Assembly (NCBI GenBank): GCA_046484245.1
Contig: JAWOBN010000111.1
Coordinates: forward strand, 1 to 41,465
From: a bacterium
GTDB taxonomy: Bacteria; Hydrothermota; 32-111
Direction: 5' to 3'
Length of the DNA stretch: 41,465 nucleotides
Positions within the stretch are counted from its first letter, which is position 1. Each line of letters opens with the position of its first letter. A program made the position numbers and the translations under genes. The notes beneath the pieces were generated by a model. It did not search any database. It was not told the DNA's origin and saw only the letters and a program-made list of their open reading frames with translations. Below are positions 36,656 through 41,465 of the stretch, in pieces.

Positions 36656-38218
36656 CTATGTTTGGAATGAAAGGGTTACTTTTGTTCCACCGCTATCAAG
36701 ATTCTCAATATCAATATCACCGCCCATTGTATCAATGAGCTGTTTAACAATGGAAAGACCGAGACCGGTTCCTATTTTGGAATGCACTGCTTCATCATTT
36801 CTTGAAAAAGAATCAAATATCTTAGGCAGTATCTCTTCATCAATACCCTCTCCCTGATCGGATATTGATACAAGCCTGTACCATTTTGATTCCTGCAGAT
36901 TTGTACCTTCATCAGCAATTGTTATTGTAGTATTCTCCGGGGAGAATTTGATTGCATTGTCAAGTATCTGATTGAAAATGTGTTTAATGGATGTCTCTTC
37001 ACCCCTTACCCTTATCTCTTCCTCAAATCCCGCAATCTCTATATTCATATTGTGTTCTTTCAGTTTCTCAGCAAAAACAGCTTTCTGGCTTTCAATAATA
37101 CTGACGAGATCACTGTGTTCCTCTTTCAGGCCGAGTGATTCGCGGCTCTCCTTGAAATTAAGTATTGTGGACAGCACATTGGAGAATCTCTCAGACTGAC
37201 TCTTCAGTATATTGAGAAATTCCTCCTGTGTGGGAGACAGGTCAGAGGATGCAAAATCGGAGAGCAGAATCTGAACAGCGCCCATAATCGCTGTCATCGG
37301 TGTTCTCAGTTCATGAGCCACACTGGTAATAATCTGCCTTTTGGCTGAATTGATGTCTTCAGTATCTATCAGATAGTATAGAATATTGTGTGTCATCCTG
37401 TCCGGATTGATATACTTGATAATAAGATCATATGTCTTTTCGGGATCTGTCTCAAAACGTACACCCGGAATCTCCAGTTGTTTTTTCTCTTCAATGACCT
37501 CACCCGATATCTTCTGTGTATCCACAGGTTCACTCTCACTACTGACCAGATTGAGGATATCATGAATATTTGATGAATAGAGATTGGTCTCTGTCTTTAC
37601 AATATCCGCTGTGACATTTGAATACTCCTCAATCATCCCTCTGCCTGAGCATATGAATAATGGGAAGGGCATGTTCTTGACCACATCATGATTTACAAGA
37701 TAGACACCGCGGTCCATTACAGGACCCTCTATACTATTGAGAAAATCCGCAATATACATTGCAATCTTCTTCAATATATTGAGGTCCCTTTCTGTGAATA
37801 ATGTATTCCTCTGCCTGTTAAATCCCATTATGCCGCCTATTACCCTGTTATTGTAAAGAACAGGGGCTCCTGCAATTGTAATGGGCAGAATTATTCTTGC
37901 TGATGATGAATCAGGTTTGAAGTAATCAGTTTCAATGGATTTCTCTATCAGCACACTTTCCCCGGACGAGAATATGCGGCCCTCCACTGATTCATTCTTA
38001 TAGAGGGACTGATGAAGAAGGCGGTCGCCATTCTTGCCGTATGCAGCTATGTATATTAATTTACTGTGGTATTGATAGAAAATGCCTGATGTCTGACATT
38101 CAATTATTTCATTCAGTCTGCTGAGAATATTAATAAGGTCCAGCTGGGATTCAATAGGGGTATTAAGAATTTGTTTCAGTTTTTCATATGAGGAAGTGCC
38201 GGATTCTTTAGGATTCAT
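36656..38218 (-). CDS. Soluble GAF/PAS-like sensor histidine kinase
   Basis: AHELRTP H-box, LDNAIKF N-box, DQGEGI and GTGLGL motifs. GAF-like N-terminus (AP....IG....N....FT..D); no TM. Confidence 0.9.
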   Translation of the reverse strand: MNPKESGTSSYEKLKQILNTPIESQLDLINILSRLNEIIECQTSGIFYQYHSKLIYIAAYGKNGDRLLHQSLYKNESVEGRIFSSGESVLIEKSIETDYFKPDSSSARIILPITIAGAPVLYNNRVIGGIMGFNRQRNTLFTERDLNILKKIAMYIADFLNSIEGPVMDRGVYLVNHDVVKNMPFPLFICSGRGMIEEYSNVTADIVKTETNLYSSNIHDILNLVSSESEPVDTQKISGEVIEEKKQLEIPGVRFETDPEKTYDLIIKYINPDRMTHNILYYLIDTEDINSAKRQIITSVAHELRTPMTAIMGAVQILLSDFASSDLSPTQEEFLNILKSQSERFSNVLSTILNFKESRESLGLKEEHSDLVSIIESQKAVFAEKLKEHNMNIEIAGFEEEIRVRGEETSIKHIFNQILDNAIKFSPENTTITIADEGTNLQESKWYRLVSISDQGEGIDEEILPKIFDSFSRNDEAVHSKIGTGLGLSIVKQLIDTMGGDIDIENLDSGGTKVTLSFQT

Positions 38219-38608
38219 CTATTTTTCATTTTCCGAAATTATGACATTGATCTTGTCAATGAGTTTTTTAAGATCAAAGGGTTTTTCGAAATATGCAGAA
38301 ATTCCCAGTGAGTATCCCTTGTTCTTATCCTCCATATTTGATTTGGCAGTCAGAAAGATAACAGGAATATCTTTAGTATTGGGGTCATCCTTCAGGTTCT
38401 TTGTTAATTCAAATCCGTCCATCACAGGCATCATAATATCCGTCAGGACAAGATCAACATCTTCTTTGTCCAATACTTCAAGCGCCTCTTTGCCATTATG
38501 CGCCTTGATGATCTCAAAACCGCTCTGTTTGAAAGTGAATGCCATAAGATCTGCCAGAAAAATATCGTCATCCACAAGCAGTATTGTCCTTTTTTTGTTA
38601 TCTCCCAT
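38219..38608 (-). CDS. Single-domain response regulator
   Basis: LLVDDD, LTDIMMP..DG, FLTA and KPF motifs. Start moved to the ATG at 38608 after GGAG. Confidence 0.92.
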   Translation of the reverse strand: MGDNKKRTILLVDDDIFLADLMAFTFKQSGFEIIKAHNGKEALEVLDKEDVDLVLTDIMMPVMDGFELTKNLKDDPNTKDIPVIFLTAKSNMEDKNKGYSLGISAYFEKPFDLKKLIDKINVIISENEK

Positions 38609-38672
38609 AGAGCACTCCAATTTATTATTATAATTTAAGATTTATAGAATTATATATTATTTTAAAAAAATT

Positions 38673-39185
38673 TCAAGTATCCCGGAATTTTAATTTTTCT
38701 TTGAGTTTTTCATAGAAATTGAAAATAATTGGACAAATGCCCGTATTCCTGATGAGGTTGCCTGCATTAACGACATTGCTGTAGGATGATAACTGGGGAT
38801 AGACCCTGCATGAATCAAATCTCTCTTCATAGACAGAGCAGGTATTGTCTTGCAGAAACGGGCAGGGGACGCGGTTCATGATATAGAGATCCCTTCCTGT
38901 GAATTTATGAAGATATTGGGCAGTAAACTCCTCAGTGCTCAATTTGCTCCGGACACTGACTCTCTCTATATCCTGCCGGTCAAGTACGGGAATATTATGC
39001 CTGCAGCAATTACCGCAGAGAGTGCATTCAATCAATCCTTCCAAATCTGACAGAATACTGCTGAATATATTGTTCAGTTCATCTGATTCACCGATATCCC
39101 TGAGGAATGACAGGAATTCCCAGTTCTGGTTTTCCAATGAAAGGGACTGTTTCTCTATTACAGCCAGATCCTTGATTATCTTCAT
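38673..39185 (-). CDS. YkgJ-family Cys-cluster (Fe/Zn-chelating) protein
   Basis: CTLCGNCC, PCPFL, CSVYEER...CRVYP and CPI motifs. Confidence 0.85.
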   Translation of the reverse strand: MKIIKDLAVIEKQSLSLENQNWEFLSFLRDIGESDELNNIFSSILSDLEGLIECTLCGNCCRHNIPVLDRQDIERVSVRSKLSTEEFTAQYLHKFTGRDLYIMNRVPCPFLQDNTCSVYEERFDSCRVYPQLSSYSNVVNAGNLIRNTGICPIIFNFYEKLKEKLKFRDT

Positions 39186-39191
39186 TAAGTT

Positions 39192-39219
39192 ATAATATCA
39201 TAAGAGAAATTCTTGTAAA
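39192..39219 (-). promoter_or_regulatory. Putative leaderless promoter of the ykgJ-like gene
   Basis: TTTACA-16 nt-TATTAT with a TG extension, 6 nt before the ATG. No SD. Confidence 0.55.
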
Positions 39220-39276
39220 TAGTTTTATTCTCCGGAACGCAAATATTCAAAGTCCTCCCCGATATGATGTTACGTT

Positions 39277-39510
39277 TTTCCTCATAAGACAAAGTCACTG
39301 GATATAATTATTATGTAATGTTTGATTTCTTAATAAAAAAGCATTGAGCATAGCGATTGATGTAATGACGGTGAGGCTCACACATTCTCATCAGCACCGA
39401 ATTACCGGTTATGCACGGGTTGGCAAAGGTGCTTTCTGAGAACTGTCCTCGCCTCATTATTATTTATGAGGAAACATAGGTCTTTCAAGTACTTTATTTT
39501 TGAGGAATAA
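39277..39510. repeat. Dispersed long-hairpin element, copy 2
   Basis: 39342-39510 matches 25818-25986 at 162/169. Preceded by a degenerate duplicate of the left end starting TTTCCTCATAAG at 39277. Confidence 0.92.
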
Positions 39511-39518
39511 TGATGTTA

Positions 39519-39547
39519 TTGAACAAATAAGGAATAGACATTATAAT
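39519..39547 (+). promoter_or_regulatory. Putative leaderless promoter
   Basis: TTGAAC-17 nt-TATAAT, 6 nt before the ATG at 39554. Confidence 0.6.
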
Positions 39548-39553
39548 AAAGCA

Positions 39554-40231
39554 ATGAAAAACAAGATTTTGATTACAGTCCTATTGATTGCCGGAGTTTC
39601 AAGCATAGTGTTTTCAGTAGGACCATTCAACAGATGGCTTGCACTTCAGTCAGCTATCAGGGAGGATATACCCCAATCCAGGCAGACGCAGGCAATAAAA
39701 TACACAGGTTATGAAGATATTATACACTTTGCAATAAGGGATTCCTCAATGCCCGGCAATATTGTATTCATGCCTTTCCAGAGGGAATATTCATATGCAT
39801 ATACAGAGATGTTCATGCTATCGGCTGTTTCTAATCATGAAGTATATATGGCGCCCTTTACATATATGCTGAAAGAGGAATTCCTTGATAAGAGGGGGGT
39901 CTCCAAGATTATTGTAATGCATGACAATCAGTTCAATATCCTCAGTCCCCAATCATTCTGGGCAGAGGATGCATATCTTATAAGCAGTTCATACAGGAAC
40001 AGCAGACTGGAATTCAAGTGGTATATGAAAACAGACCGTCCTTGCCGGATTCATCTCTTTGATGAAAACGGATTCTTTATTGAAAATCATACAGTAAACA
40101 GCCATTCTTCCGGTTTATGGGAATATGTTCTCATAATTGACAATGACACAGACAATAAGCCTCTCTACTGGGCAGTATCCGGCATAGCGTTCACTGATTT
40201 TGCAGGAGGGATTAAAAAAATTGATTATTGA
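39554..40231 (+). CDS. Hypothetical exported/membrane-anchored protein
   Basis: The ATG at 39554 gives the hydrophobic leader MKNKILITVLLIAGVSSIVFS. No recognisable domain. Confidence 0.7.
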   Translation: MKNKILITVLLIAGVSSIVFSVGPFNRWLALQSAIREDIPQSRQTQAIKYTGYEDIIHFAIRDSSMPGNIVFMPFQREYSYAYTEMFMLSAVSNHEVYMAPFTYMLKEEFLDKRGVSKIIVMHDNQFNILSPQSFWAEDAYLISSSYRNSRLEFKWYMKTDRPCRIHLFDENGFFIENHTVNSHSSGLWEYVLIIDNDTDNKPLYWAVSGIAFTDFAGGIKKIDY

Positions 40232-41465
40232 ATATCTACTGCATCTCATAATACAGATTTTCATCTATGCTGCAGCAGGCATCAATTTCACATATTACTG
40301 TATTGATAGAAAAATTTCAGTGACAGCGGCATTTGCTGCCGGTATAGGAATAATGTACACATATCAATTGTTCATCTCATTGTTCCCCCGTCAGATAGGC
40401 ATGTATATTTCCATAATATTCATATTACTCAATATTGTTTTGCTTATAGTGAATTTCCGCAAATTGGGAATAATAATGAGGATTAGAAATTTCAGATATT
40501 CAGCTGCTTCAATAACAGGCATTATAATACTGTTAACAATAATAATAATCCATATTATTATCTTTTACAGGACACCGCTCCATGGTTTTGACGGCCTTAT
40601 GATATACGGTTCAAGGGCAAAGAAAATATTTGATGCATCACTGTTTTACCTGATGGATCCCGGTGTTCTGGCTGCTCATAATAAATATCCGCTTCTGGTA
40701 TCACTGAATGAGTATTTTGCCAATATATTCAACAGTGATTTTTCGTATCAGTTCACTTCAATACCCCATATAATATATATTTTGGCATTAATAGGAATGA
40801 TTGTGAATCTGTTCCGGGAATATACTGACTATGTTTTCTTAATACTCTCCATATTCCTGATGACCCCATTGTTCCTCATGAATGATCTGGGTTTTGCCTA
40901 TCAATATGCTGATTTCCCCTTGGCTGTCATAATGCTCTCTGTCTGGGTATCAATAGTGAAGAAGAGATACAGTCTCGGCATATTCCTCTCAACCCTTTTA
41001 CCACTGATAAAGAATGAGGGCTGGCCTGTATTCTTTGTGATAGTGATATATCTGTTCATAATGAAGAAGGAGATACTGCTCAAATTTATCCGGCAGAGGG
41101 CATTGTTCATTATAAGCTCACTGAATCTTGTCTCATGGATCATAATAAGATTGAATCTCACATCATATATTGAAGAAATCCGCTTTCAGTCATTGATTGC
41201 CAATATTACATCAGTCAGGTATATATTGCCTGTGATGCTTACCTTTCTGTATATTATGGTCAAACCTCTATTCTGGGGTCTGAATTTCATCATACCAATA
41301 ATTCTTCTTATCCTGTCAAGGGATCAGACAGAGGAGAAAAAAATGATTCTTGTATTCACCCTGTTCCCCCTCCTGGTTTACTCAATTATTATTTCCCTCA
41401 TACCGGGATTTGCATCAGACAGCGGTGATATTTCCAATAGATTGTTGCTTCACTTTTATCCTCTT
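40221..41465 (+). CDS. Polytopic membrane protein, GT-C glycosyltransferase-like (runs off the window end; absent from the ORF track)
   Basis: TTG start after GGAGGG; open for 415 codons by manual translation. Many TM segments plus PLHGFDGLMIYGSRAK, HNKYPLL, YADFPLA, IKNEG and RLLLHFYP motifs. Confidence 0.7.
   Translation, partial: MIIEYLLHLIIQIFIYAAAGINFTYYCIDRKISVTAAFAAGIGIMYTYQLFISLFPRQIGMYISIIFILLNIVLLIVNFRKLGIIMRIRNFRYSAASITGIIILLTIIIIHIIIFYRTPLHGFDGLMIYGSRAKKIFDASLFYLMDPGVLAAHNKYPLLVSLNEYFANIFNSDFSYQFTSIPHIIYILALIGMIVNLFREYTDYVFLILSIFLMTPLFLMNDLGFAYQYADFPLAVIMLSVWVSIVKKRYSLGIFLSTLLPLIKNEGWPVFFVIVIYLFIMKKEILLKFIRQRALFIISSLNLVSWIIIRLNLTSYIEEIRFQSLIANITSVRYILPVMLTFLYIMVKPLFWGLNFIIPIILLILSRDQTEEKKMILVFTLFPLLVYSIIISLIPGFASDSGDISNRLLLHFYPL

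Noticed and set aside
39500..39553. TTG start at 39500
   Set aside because: It lies inside the repeat and upstream of the promoter, while the ATG at 39554 gives a signal peptide.
40901..41161. Minus-strand 86-aa ORF
   Set aside because: It is antisense to the long plus-strand membrane-protein ORF starting at 40221.

Overview
Core-genome window of an AT-rich, probably anaerobic diderm bacterium (TolC, TamAB, POR, PPDK, MglAB and GWxTD proteins are present; a WOR-3/TA06-like candidate lineage is only my guess). Gene order: S9 peptidase, YbhB lipoprotein, MacAB-TolC-type efflux operon, a very short SRP RNA followed by dnaX-ybaB-recR, porCDAB followed directly by mglB-mglA, a 10-kb minus-strand operon (dapB-dapL-lysC-asd-2x GWxTD-nadB-hpf-hprK-EIIA-EIIB), a Cys-rich DUF3795-like gene, tRNA-Ser(GGA), ppdK-serS-spoIID-like-tamA-tamB, a soluble receiver/kinase/Lrp-domain module, a YkgJ-like gene and a truncated GT-C-like membrane protein. 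I see no transposase, integrase or CRISPR. The unexplained signal is non-coding. (1) Downstream of tRNA-Ser is an array of ~125-bp units bounded by inverted pieces of the tRNA 3' end and separated by unique 7-mer/9-mer microrepeat spacers. (2) Two MITE-like elements have different perfect 28-bp TIRs but share internal 24-bp palindromes. (3) A 169-bp long-hairpin element occurs twice, 13.5 kb apart. There is also an A10 slippage candidate in dnaX and three apparently leaderless promoters.
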